In this document: one piece after another, positions 28,741 through 37,497 of the stretch
Layout: each line of letters starts with the position of its first letter
How positions within the stretch are numbered: position 1 is the first letter of the stretch
NCBI GenBank assembly: GCA_963705355.1
Contig: OY970070.1
Span: 686,818 to 750,817, forward strand
Direction of reading: 5' to 3'
Source: an uncultured Thermoplasmata archaeon
GTDB lineage: Archaea; Thermoplasmatota; Thermoplasmata; UBA10834
Length of the DNA: 64,000 nucleotides
Made by a program: the position numbers and the translations under genes
The notes under the pieces: model-generated
Told to the model about the DNA's origin: nothing
The model's database searches: none
Seen by the model: only the letters and a program-made list of their open reading frames with translations

Positions 28741-29979
28741 ATGCTAGCCATCGTCAAGGACGAGATGCTGGTGAAGGGAGTCGCCTTCCGTCTGGACTCG
28801 GGCCTTCCGGCGGATGCGAAGTTCCTGCTCGAAGACTTCAGATTGGCAGTCAACAACGCGATCAGGGCAGGTCTTCAAGCGCGGGTGACTTCGAGAAATG
28901 CCCTGGTTAGGATCGCGTACAAGGACTTTCGCCACCAACATCCAAGGATGTATTCCCAACATCTGGTATCGGCCTTCGAAGTGGCCGGGAGCGTGCTCAA
29001 GAACTATCGCAGGCGGGTTCGAAAAGGGGGCAGCTGCAGAATCCCCTTCGTCAAGCGCCTGATTATGAAAGCAGAGAATCAGGCGTACAAGCTCGATCGG
29101 AAGTCCGGAGTCATCGACCTTCCGATCAGGGCTGGCTGTCATGTCAAGTTGAAGCTCGTCGTCAGCAAGTATCATCGGAAGTATCTGGACGATTTGGCCC
29201 TTTCTCTCGGTTCCCTGACAATTCTCCCCGACCGAGTCATAGTCGCATTCAGGAAGGATGCTCCCAGACAGTATACACCCGCATCAGTGTTGTCGCTCGA
29301 CACCAACGAGCGCAGTCTGGACGGCGTGCTCATCGAGGGTGATGCCGCCAAGGCTGTCAAAGCGGAGTTCCCAGAAGTCGCAATCATCCAGCAGCAGCAT
29401 CACGATAGGCGCAAGAGGTTTCAGAAGAAGAAAGCGCATGACAGGCGTACTTCGAGAAACCTTTGCAGGAGAGAAGGGGCGAGGGAGCACCACCGGATAG
29501 ACTACAGGATGCACCAAGTGGCAGATGCTGTCATTTCGTTCGCTGAGAGACAAAAGTCCGCAGTCGTTCTCGAGGATCTGAAAGGCATCAAATCGAAAAG
29601 GAGCAAGGAACTGAATCGGCGACTCAGCATGTGGCCCAGGCGAAAGCTTCACCAGATCATCGAGTACAAGGCACAATGGAAGGGCATCCCAGTAGTCAAG
29701 GTCGATCCAAGATACAGCAGCAGAACGTGCCCGATATGTGGGAGGATACAGGATTCCCGAATGGGCGCGGAGTTCAAATGTGATTGTGGCTGGCACCTCG
29801 ACAGGCACATCAACGCCAGCATCAACCTGCTGCAGACAGCCATCTCGAAGGGGATGGCAGGGGGTTTACGGTTCAACCCCGGCGCGTTCCAGCATGACGT
29901 GATGATGATCCCATACGAGCCAGCGATGGCCGCACGGTCGGAGCCGAATGGAACGAGTGGCATTTGCGAAGTGACCTGA
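28741..29979 (+). CDS. tnpB: TnpB/OrfB (IS200/IS605-family, IS1341-like) RuvC-type RNA-guided nuclease homolog
   Basis: RuvC-I-like SLDTNE, C-terminal zinc finger CPICG...CDCG and DRHINASINLL motif; no tnpA nearby. Confidence 0.8.
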   Translation: MLAIVKDEMLVKGVAFRLDSGLPADAKFLLEDFRLAVNNAIRAGLQARVTSRNALVRIAYKDFRHQHPRMYSQHLVSAFEVAGSVLKNYRRRVRKGGSCRIPFVKRLIMKAENQAYKLDRKSGVIDLPIRAGCHVKLKLVVSKYHRKYLDDLALSLGSLTILPDRVIVAFRKDAPRQYTPASVLSLDTNERSLDGVLIEGDAAKAVKAEFPEVAIIQQQHHDRRKRFQKKKAHDRRTSRNLCRREGAREHHRIDYRMHQVADAVISFAERQKSAVVLEDLKGIKSKRSKELNRRLSMWPRRKLHQIIEYKAQWKGIPVVKVDPRYSSRTCPICGRIQDSRMGAEFKCDCGWHLDRHINASINLLQTAISKGMAGGLRFNPGAFQHDVMMIPYEPAMAARSEPNGTSGICEVT

Positions 29980-30017
29980 TGGTCACCACCCGACAATGCA
30001 ACAGAACCTGCGTTGCA
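28741..30017 (+). mobile_element. solo IS200/IS605-type tnpB element including 3' hairpin region (boundaries approximate)
   Basis: tnpB ORF plus hairpins at 29971-29986 (GTGACC-tgat-GGTCAC across the stop codon) and 29997-30017 (TGCAAC/GTTGCA stem). Confidence 0.4.
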
Positions 30018-30043
30018 CTTAGCCGATACGGGAGACTAATATT

Positions 30044-30379
30044 ATGGCTGGACGTTACCTCACCAGGAAGAAGTCGATGACCCCTAAGACGTCGGTTAAG
30101 CCTCATGGTACGGGATGCGTCGTGACGATAGACGTGTCGATCGGAGCAGCGAAGAGCCAGATTGTAGGCGTGAACCGCTGGAGAGGAACGCTTCATGTGC
30201 GGATATCCGCGGAACCAAGGGACGGCGCGGCGAACGAGGAGCTATTGAGATTCCTTTCCGAGAAGCTGGGTGTCCCTAGAGGTGACATCGTCATCATGAG
30301 AGGAGAGAAGTCCTCCCGGAAGGTCGTCCATCTGCCTATTCCTTCGGACCGAGCGACCTCCGCTCTGGAGGACAAGTGA
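30044..30379 (+). CDS. DUF167/YggU-family protein
   Basis: Motif GTLHVRISAEPRDGAANEELLRFLSEKLGVPRGDIVIMRGEKSSRKVV. Confidence 0.65.
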   Translation: MAGRYLTRKKSMTPKTSVKPHGTGCVVTIDVSIGAAKSQIVGVNRWRGTLHVRISAEPRDGAANEELLRFLSEKLGVPRGDIVIMRGEKSSRKVVHLPIPSDRATSALEDK

Positions 30380-30820
30380 ATGCTTTCACCGGAGGAGCGG
30401 CTCGAGCAGCTTGAGAAGGTCTTTGAGGAGCTGGTGGACCTCAGCGCAGACGCGCCGATAATCGTCGAAGGCATCAGGGACGCAGACGCGTTGAGCCGCC
30501 TCGGGATTGAGAAGAACGTCGTCACGCTGAACAGAGGAGTGTCGATATTCGCGTTCTGCGAACAGATCTCCAGGCAGAGCAAGAAGGCGATTGTCCTGAC
30601 GGACTGGGACAGAAGGGGAGGGCAGCTCGCGAGGATGCTCAAAGAGTCGCTGATGGCAAACGGCGTCGAGGTCATAGACAGCATTCGCACGCAGATCGTG
30701 ATACTTTCAAAGAAGGAGGTCAAGGACGTCGAGAGCATGCCGACATTCATCGAGAGGCTGAGAGCCAGGGATGCATCACAGAGGATGCGCGCTCGCATTG
30801 TTAGGGCAAAAAGGATTTAG
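30380..30820 (+). CDS. Toprim-domain protein (small primase-like)
   Basis: 146 aa; PIIVEGIRDADAL ... IVLTDWDRRG layout resembles Toprim acidic motifs. Confidence 0.45.
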   Translation: MLSPEERLEQLEKVFEELVDLSADAPIIVEGIRDADALSRLGIEKNVVTLNRGVSIFAFCEQISRQSKKAIVLTDWDRRGGQLARMLKESLMANGVEVIDSIRTQIVILSKKEVKDVESMPTFIERLRARDASQRMRARIVRAKRI

Positions 30821-30844
30821 TATAGCAACCCAATCAAACGCGCC

Positions 30845-32176
30845 ATGGCACTCTCCGAATGTTCTCTGGAGATGCTTCGATACCTCAATCTGAAATCTGT
30901 GGACGATCTCTTCGTTGACATTCCGGAGGAGGTCAGGGTTGACGGACTGAATTTGCCCGACGGACTTTCGGAGATCGAGCTGAGGCGAGAGCTCGAGGCG
31001 CTGTTCTCGTCCAACAAACCGGCATCATCTCAGCCGTCGTTCTTGGGCGCTGGAGTCTATCATCATTTCATTCCGGCAGCGGTCAGGACCATCATTTCCC
31101 GTTCGGAGTTCCTGACGTCTTACACGCCATATCAACCCGAGATAAGCCAGGGCATGCTGCAGGCGCTCTTTGAGTACCAGTCATTCATGGCTGAACTCAC
31201 GGGCATGGACGTCGTAAACTCGAGCATGTACGATGCCTCGACCGCGCTGGGCGAGGCAGTCCTAATGAGCCGCAGGATCTCCGGTGGAGACACATTCCTG
31301 ATCAGCAGAGCTGTCAGCCCTGAGAAGAAGCAGGTGGCCGCGACATATGCAAGAGGCGCGAACATAAGGATCGATGAAGTCGCGTACGACAGAGTGACGG
31401 GGCTCGTGGATCTGACAGATCTCAAATCGAAGATGAAGGACAACATCCTGGGATTCTACTTCGAGACTCCGAATTTCTTCGGCCCAATCGAGACCGAGGC
31501 TGACGAGATCAGGGCAGTTGTCGGCAACAAGACCCTCGTGACCGGCGTCAATCCGATGTCGCTGGCTCTCCTCAGACCGCCAGGTGAGATGGGCGCAGAC
31601 ATCGTTGTGGGAGATGCGCAGGTTTTCGGCAACCCGATGAACCTTGGCGGGCCGATGATTGGCGTCTTCGGATGCAAGGAAGAGCATGTCCGGAAGATGC
31701 CCGGAAGACTGATAGGCATGACCAATGACATTGAGGGGAAGAGAGCCTACTGCATGACCCTTCAGACAAGGGAGCAGCATATCCGAAGGAGCAAGGCGAC
31801 CTCAAACATATGCACGAATGAGGCCCTCCTTGCTATAGCTGCGGCGTCATACTTGGCTTTGGTCGGCCGCAACGGACTGAGGGAAATCGCAGCGAAGAAC
31901 GTGGAGAACATGCATTCTCTTTCGGCCCGGATGAACCAGCTCGATGGCCTTGGGTCACCGCACTTCAAGTCCGCGCACTTCAACGAGTTCGTCGTAGGAT
32001 CTGACATCGACTCCGAGAAGATCCACAAAGGACTTCTGTCCAAAGGAGTACACGGAGGGCTTGTCCTCGACAAGATGTTCCCTGAGCTGAAGCACGCAGC
32101 CCTATACGCGACCACCGAGATGCACACCAGACAGGATCACGACAAGCTCATCAAGGCGTTGGAGGCGGTCCTTTGA
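30845..32176 (+). CDS. gcvPA: glycine dehydrogenase (decarboxylating) subunit 1
   Basis: 443-aa ORF with P-protein N-terminal-subunit layout; 4-nt overlap with subunit 2. Confidence 0.9.
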   Translation: MALSECSLEMLRYLNLKSVDDLFVDIPEEVRVDGLNLPDGLSEIELRRELEALFSSNKPASSQPSFLGAGVYHHFIPAAVRTIISRSEFLTSYTPYQPEISQGMLQALFEYQSFMAELTGMDVVNSSMYDASTALGEAVLMSRRISGGDTFLISRAVSPEKKQVAATYARGANIRIDEVAYDRVTGLVDLTDLKSKMKDNILGFYFETPNFFGPIETEADEIRAVVGNKTLVTGVNPMSLALLRPPGEMGADIVVGDAQVFGNPMNLGGPMIGVFGCKEEHVRKMPGRLIGMTNDIEGKRAYCMTLQTREQHIRRSKATSNICTNEALLAIAAASYLALVGRNGLREIAAKNVENMHSLSARMNQLDGLGSPHFKSAHFNEFVVGSDIDSEKIHKGLLSKGVHGGLVLDKMFPELKHAALYATTEMHTRQDHDKLIKALEAVL

Positions 32177-33639
32177 GGTATCATCAGGCCGTCCACGAAG
32201 TCCCGACTTTGTTCGAGAACTGCGAGAAGCCCTCCGAGCAAACGAACCTCGACCAAACTGTGCGTGGCCTCCTTCCGGAGAAGATCCTGAGGAAGGACCT
32301 CAACATTCCCGACCTCCCGGAGAGGGATGTCGTCAAGCACTTCATCAACCTGTCACAGATGAACTTCGGCGTCGACAATGGCCTCTATCCGCTGGGCTCA
32401 TGCACAATGAAGTACAACCCGAAGGTTTGTGACGAGGTGGCCTCCTGGAGTTCGGTCACGGACCTGCACCCGTTGCAGGATCCGTCGACGATACAGGGCG
32501 CACTGAAGCTAATGCACGAGCTCGAGAGGATGCTGTGCGAGATCGGCGGCGTCGATGCCGTGACTCTGCAGCCAGCTGCGGGCGCACACGGCGAGTTCAC
32601 GGGGATCCAGCTCGTAAAGGCATATCACGAGGCCAACGGGGAGAAGAGGAACGAGGTGATTCTGCCAGACACCGCTCACGGGACGAATCCTGCGAGCGCG
32701 GCAATGGTTGGCTACGATGTCCTCGATCTGCCCTCCAAGGAAGGCTGCGTCGATGTTGAGGCATTGAAGTCGGCGATATCGAAGGACACTGCTGCTTTCA
32801 TGCTGACCAACCCGAACACACTGGGTCTCTTCGAAAAGAACGTCAAGGAGATCGCGGGGATTCTGCACGATGCTGGCGCGTTGCTCTACTACGACGGAGC
32901 GAACCTGAACGCCATCATGGGCAAGACGTCTCCCGGGAAGATGGACTTCGACATCGTTCACTTCAACCTCCACAAGACTTTCGCGACCCCACATGGCGGA
33001 GGCGGCCCAGGGGCAGGGCCAGTCGGCGTGAAGAAGATGCTTGAGGAGTTTCTTCCAGTGCCTCGTATCGTTGAAAGCAATGGGACTTATTCCCTGGACT
33101 ACGAAAAGCCCAAAAGCATCGGGAAGGTCAGGGCGTTCTTCGGCAACTATGCGGTTCTCGTCAGGGCGTACGCGTACATCAGGATGCACGGCGGCAAAGG
33201 CCTGGCGCAAATCTCGGAGAACGCGGTCCTGAACTCGAATTACCTCAAGGAGAAGCTGAAATCCGACTTTGAGCTGCCGTATGGAGACCTGAGAAAGCAC
33301 GAGTTCGTCCTGAGCGGAAGACCGTTGAAGAAGAACGGCCTCAGGACGCTGGATTTCGCCAAAAGGCTGCTTGACTATGGCTTCCATGCCCCGACGATAT
33401 ACTTCCCGTTGATAGTCGACGAGGCAATAATGATCGAGCCGACGGAGACTGAATCACGAGAATCCCTCGACGCGTTCGTGGACGCGTGCAAGGCCATCCT
33501 GAAGGAAGACCCGGAGCTGCTCCGTTCCGCGCCTCACAATACAGCTAGGAGGAGACTCGACGAGGCAAAGGCTGCGAGGGATATGATTTTCAGCTGGCGC
33601 GCTTACGAGAGAAAAATGCGGATGGCTAATCGCGCTTGA
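32173..33639 (+). CDS. gcvPB: glycine dehydrogenase (decarboxylating) subunit 2
   Basis: 488-aa PLP-dependent ORF with P-protein C-terminal-subunit layout. Confidence 0.9.
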   Translation: MRYHQAVHEVPTLFENCEKPSEQTNLDQTVRGLLPEKILRKDLNIPDLPERDVVKHFINLSQMNFGVDNGLYPLGSCTMKYNPKVCDEVASWSSVTDLHPLQDPSTIQGALKLMHELERMLCEIGGVDAVTLQPAAGAHGEFTGIQLVKAYHEANGEKRNEVILPDTAHGTNPASAAMVGYDVLDLPSKEGCVDVEALKSAISKDTAAFMLTNPNTLGLFEKNVKEIAGILHDAGALLYYDGANLNAIMGKTSPGKMDFDIVHFNLHKTFATPHGGGGPGAGPVGVKKMLEEFLPVPRIVESNGTYSLDYEKPKSIGKVRAFFGNYAVLVRAYAYIRMHGGKGLAQISENAVLNSNYLKEKLKSDFELPYGDLRKHEFVLSGRPLKKNGLRTLDFAKRLLDYGFHAPTIYFPLIVDEAIMIEPTETESRESLDAFVDACKAILKEDPELLRSAPHNTARRRLDEAKAARDMIFSWRAYERKMRMANRA

Positions 33640-33877
33640 ACCTGGCGCAGATCAGCGTCCTGGTCCCCGTGACTCCAGGGATGGTCCGTATCTTTCCAAG
33701 GACCTCATCGCACAGGACATCGTAGTCCTTCGTCTCCATCCTCGCAATCATGTCGAACTGCCCGAAAAGCTGGTGCACCTCTGAGAGGCCCGGGAGCTTT
33801 CGCATCTGTTCGAGCACGAAGCCCTCCTTGCCAGTTGCCGTGGTTATGAGCACGTAAGCGACCGCCAGAGGCATCAC
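33626..33877 (-). CDS. stand-alone Lrp/AsnC-type ligand-binding (RAM) domain protein
   Basis: 83 aa resembling the C-terminal effector domain of Lrp/AsnC regulators, no HTH; convergent overlap with the gcvPB 3' end. Confidence 0.45.
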   Translation of the reverse strand: MMPLAVAYVLITTATGKEGFVLEQMRKLPGLSEVHQLFGQFDMIARMETKDYDVLCDEVLGKIRTIPGVTGTRTLICARFKRD

Positions 33878-33988
33878 CTGAATTGGCCTGTAAAGTGCTT
33901 GTGCGTACTTATAGTCTATCGGTAGGGCCAGGTTAAAATCCGATGCAAATGATTATCTATGCTCATCGAGCAATCCAAGGCGGACACA

Positions 33989-34582
33989 ATGGGCGGATTC
34001 GTGGTCATAGAAGGCATAGACGGATGCGGGAAGTCCTCGGTCGCAAGGCTGCTAGTCAAGAGGCTGGGGAGCAGTGCCGTTCTGACAAGGGAGCCCACGG
34101 AATCATGGATCGGCCAAGCCGTGAGGAGGGGCGACAGGCACAAGATCAGCCCTTACGCTGACGCTCTCCTGTTCATGGCAGATCGCGCACAGCACACGGA
34201 GCAGGTAGCTGAATGGCTGGCTCGGAGGAAGACGGTCGTGTGCGACCGATACTATCACTCGACGGTGGCATATCAGACTGCGTGCCTTGAGGGCATTTTC
34301 GAGGGAGACGCCTTCAAATGGCTGCTGGAGGCAAATCTCAAGATATCGATCCACCCAGACCTGACGGTGTTCCTGACGATCCCGCCAGAGCTGGGGCTCC
34401 AGCGGATACGGACCAGGTCCGAGCTCTCCCGCTTTGAACGGCTGAACTTCCTCAGAAAGGTGCAGAAGAACTACATTCGTTTGGCGAAGCTCGACAAGAC
34501 AATAGTCAAGGTGGATGGCGCGAAGGACCTTCAGTCAGTCACAGATGAGGTACTGAGCCTCGTCAAGGAGAGGAAGATTTAA
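33989..34582 (+). CDS. tmk: thymidylate kinase
   Basis: P-loop GIDGCGKSS and DRYYHSTVAYQ motif. Start set at internal ATG (MGGFVVIEG). Confidence 0.8.
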   Translation: MGGFVVIEGIDGCGKSSVARLLVKRLGSSAVLTREPTESWIGQAVRRGDRHKISPYADALLFMADRAQHTEQVAEWLARRKTVVCDRYYHSTVAYQTACLEGIFEGDAFKWLLEANLKISIHPDLTVFLTIPPELGLQRIRTRSELSRFERLNFLRKVQKNYIRLAKLDKTIVKVDGAKDLQSVTDEVLSLVKERKI

Positions 34583-34610
34583 GGGGTCGCGGAGACTCAC
34601 AAGTGGTGTT

Positions 34611-35801
34611 ATGCATCCAGCGGATCATCTGAGGGGTTCCAAGAGCGAGAAATTGAATGGCCGCAAGATCGTCCTTGGCGTGACGGGCAGCATAGCAGCC
34701 GTCGAGACTGTGAAGTTATGCAGAGAGCTCATCAGGAATGGCGCCGACGTGCATGTGGTCATGTCGAGGGACGCGCAAACGATCGTGCACCCATGGGCGC
34801 TCCAGTTCGCCTCGGGCAGAGAGGTCATCACAGCCATCGACGGGAACGTCCAGCATGTGTCCCTCTGCGGCGATGTTCCCGACAGGGCCGATCTTCTTCT
34901 AATCGCGCCCGCGACAGCGAACACGATATCCAAGATGGCATGCGGGATTGACGACACGTCCGTGACGACGATGGCCACAACTGCAATGGGGACTGGAATT
35001 CCTGTGATTGTTGTCCCTGCAATGCACTACTCAATGATGGAACACAAGATAGTTCTGGAGAACATCAAGAAACTTGAGAGGATAGGGGTGACCTTCCTCG
35101 AGCCGAAGATACAAGAGTCGAAGGCCAAGATGCCCTCGATCGACTACATCGTTTCCTCAGTTATCGCCGCGATCGGCAAGAGGGACTTGGTCGGGCGCAA
35201 GGTCCTCGTCATCGCCGGAGCGACAGAGGAGCCGATCGACGACATAAGGGTCGTGACCAGCAGGAGTTCGGGCGAAACAGGGATCGAGCTTGCCAGAGCC
35301 GCGCAAGAGAGGGGAGCGAGCGTCGAGCTTTGGATGGGCAGAGCAGAGGCCGACCTGCCAGAACACATCACCACCAGAAGATACCGTTCGTTCAAGGATC
35401 TGTCGAGGATGATCCAAGGGAGGAGGTTCGATATCGTTATGTTCCCAGCAGCGGTATCGGACTACTCACCTCGGAAGGTCCAGGGGAAGATACCATCAGA
35501 TAGCGCGAAGGTCAGCCTTGAGCTGAGGAGGAATCCGAAGCTCATCGACCGCCTCAAGGCAAGGCTGGTCGTCGGGTTCAAGGCACAGACGAAGATAGGA
35601 GACACCGAGCTGATTCAGGAATCTCTCAAGCTGATCAAGAGATCGAAGTGCTGCATGGTTGTCGCAAACAAGATGGAGCATGTGAAGCCGGGAAGAACTC
35701 GCGTCCTGCTCGTTCAGAAGAACGGCGACACGGAAGAGCTGGAGGGCACGAAATCCCATGTCGCTGACCAGATCATCGACAAGGTCGTAAGGATGATGTG
35801 A
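34611..35801 (+). CDS. coaBC: bifunctional phosphopantothenoylcysteine decarboxylase / phosphopantothenate-cysteine ligase
   Basis: N-terminal flavoprotein motif (KIVLGVTGSIAA ... PATANTISKMA) and C-terminal CoaB-like half. Confidence 0.85.
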   Translation: MHPADHLRGSKSEKLNGRKIVLGVTGSIAAVETVKLCRELIRNGADVHVVMSRDAQTIVHPWALQFASGREVITAIDGNVQHVSLCGDVPDRADLLLIAPATANTISKMACGIDDTSVTTMATTAMGTGIPVIVVPAMHYSMMEHKIVLENIKKLERIGVTFLEPKIQESKAKMPSIDYIVSSVIAAIGKRDLVGRKVLVIAGATEEPIDDIRVVTSRSSGETGIELARAAQERGASVELWMGRAEADLPEHITTRRYRSFKDLSRMIQGRRFDIVMFPAAVSDYSPRKVQGKIPSDSAKVSLELRRNPKLIDRLKARLVVGFKAQTKIGDTELIQESLKLIKRSKCCMVVANKMEHVKPGRTRVLLVQKNGDTEELEGTKSHVADQIIDKVVRMM

Positions 35802-36661
35802 TGAACGCGAAGGCGTTCTGTCCTGGGCACGTCACCGGCTTTTTCCAGATTTGTGAGGGCGCAGACCCTCTTTCGACCGGGTCGAGGGGAGCTGGTCTCT
35901 GCCTGACGCGCGGGGCGACCTCCGAGGTGAAGGTCGAGGCTGCGCAAAGTCAGGGAGTATTGATCCACATCGACGGAAAGAGGGCGAGATCGGATACCAC
36001 GCGAGCTGCGATCGCGCAAATCATCGGCAACGAGAAGCTAAGGGTCACAGTCGACACTACCCTCGACCTTCCGCACAGCCAGGGATTCGGCATGAGCGCG
36101 GCCGGCGCGCTCTCTGCTGCGATTGCCCTTGCCGACACGCTGGGAAGAACCAGACAAGAGGCCTTTGAGGCGGCTCACATCGCCGAGATACAGTGCTCAA
36201 CGGGCCTCGGAGACGTCTCCGCCGTGTGGAAAGGCGGGATTACGATAAGGAAGAGGGCGGGGCTTCCTCCGGCAGGGGAGGTTCTCAGGATCGATGGAAC
36301 GCCAGAGGTCGCGCTTACTGTAGTTGGTTCAAAACTCCTCACGAAAGAAGTGCTAGCAGATCCGGTCAGGCGGTTGGCAATAAACAAGAGCGGCGCAAGA
36401 AAGGTGGACGAGCTGCTGAGAGACGCAACACTAGATAGACTGATGAAGCTGTCATCCTCTTTTGCAGTTGAATCAGGTCTCGCATCCAAGGCGATCATAC
36501 AGGCGATGGTTGCCGCGGGGAAGTTGGGACTGGCTAGCATGGCGATGCTGGGTAACTCTGTCTTCGCAGTGGGAGACACAAGAGGCCAGTCTGAAATCCT
36601 CAGAGAATTCGGCGATGTCTGGACCTGCAGAGTCTCCGCCGATGGCCCGACAGTGCTTTGA
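35798..36661 (+). CDS. pantoate kinase (archaeal CoA pathway, GHMP-kinase fold)
   Basis: GHMP-kinase-like motifs (FCPGHVTGFF, GFGMSAAGALSAA); 4-nt overlap with coaBC supports a CoA operon. Confidence 0.6.
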   Translation: MMNAKAFCPGHVTGFFQICEGADPLSTGSRGAGLCLTRGATSEVKVEAAQSQGVLIHIDGKRARSDTTRAAIAQIIGNEKLRVTVDTTLDLPHSQGFGMSAAGALSAAIALADTLGRTRQEAFEAAHIAEIQCSTGLGDVSAVWKGGITIRKRAGLPPAGEVLRIDGTPEVALTVVGSKLLTKEVLADPVRRLAINKSGARKVDELLRDATLDRLMKLSSSFAVESGLASKAIIQAMVAAGKLGLASMAMLGNSVFAVGDTRGQSEILREFGDVWTCRVSADGPTVL

Positions 36662-36730
36662 AAAACAATTATCGACAAAGTGTCATATATACGTAGAGTG
36701 TTGGTGATTTGAGCTAAGGAGGGCAGGTCG

Positions 36731-37186
36731 ATGGAGGAAGCGTCGGCGTCGGGTATTTGGGATCCCAAAGTAGATGGCTGGAAGCAGCTGAGAGAGTTGA
36801 ACGCCATGGAGCGCAGCCAGGATTCGAACTACTGGCTATCGAGCGCGATTCTTGTTGCCGCGAATGCGGTCCTCGTGGCTGAGTTCTTCAGGCAGGAGAG
36901 CCACTATCTTGCCAGGTTCTGCATTTCCGTGATTGGTCTCGTGATCGCAATCGTGATGGTTCTGCTCGTCTCCCGCGCGAGAGTGTACAAAAGCAGGTGG
37001 CTTGACAAGGCCAAAGCCATCGAGAAGGAATTGAGCGTTCCAGCGGAGTATTCCGTCTGGGAGGATAAAGGGCTTCCTGGATTTCCAGCGTCACAGGCAT
37101 TGATGCTGGCAATGTACGGCTTCGTGATCATGTGGGTCGCGGGGGCTGTATTCGCTGCCTCGAACCTGCTGCTGGAGAACCTTTGA
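36731..37186 (+). CDS. hypothetical membrane protein
   Basis: 151 aa with at least three hydrophobic helices. Confidence 0.45.
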   Translation: MEEASASGIWDPKVDGWKQLRELNAMERSQDSNYWLSSAILVAANAVLVAEFFRQESHYLARFCISVIGLVIAIVMVLLVSRARVYKSRWLDKAKAIEKELSVPAEYSVWEDKGLPGFPASQALMLAMYGFVIMWVAGAVFAASNLLLENL

Positions 37187-37190
37187 ACGG

Positions 37191-37496
37191 TCACTCAAAA
37201 AGCGTGAAGAGCCTATCGTCGCCGCCCACATCGAAAAGGCCAATCCTTGCTCCGCTGTCCAGCCATCCATGAGCATAGTTGATGCACGCGAAGGCGTTCA
37301 CAAGATCGCCCTTCGCTGCGAAGTCCCTAGCATCCTGGAAATACGATCTTGCCATCCTCATGAAGTCGTCGGCCAGCTTCCGGTTGAAGGATCTTTCGGG
37401 AGCAGCTGTCTTTGCCTTGTCCAGAGCCTTTGAGGTCAGCTGTATGTAGCGCTCAACCCTCTCTTCGGTTATCGTTGCCATTTTGGCTGGCATCAT
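37191..37496 (-). CDS. conserved archaeal hypothetical protein (possibly DUF357-like)
   Basis: 101-aa ORF immediately downstream of and co-directional with the HerA-like ATPase; family assignment from memory only. Confidence 0.35.
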   Translation of the reverse strand: MMPAKMATITEERVERYIQLTSKALDKAKTAAPERSFNRKLADDFMRMARSYFQDARDFAAKGDLVNAFACINYAHGWLDSGARIGLFDVGGDDRLFTLFE

Positions 37497-37497
37497 C

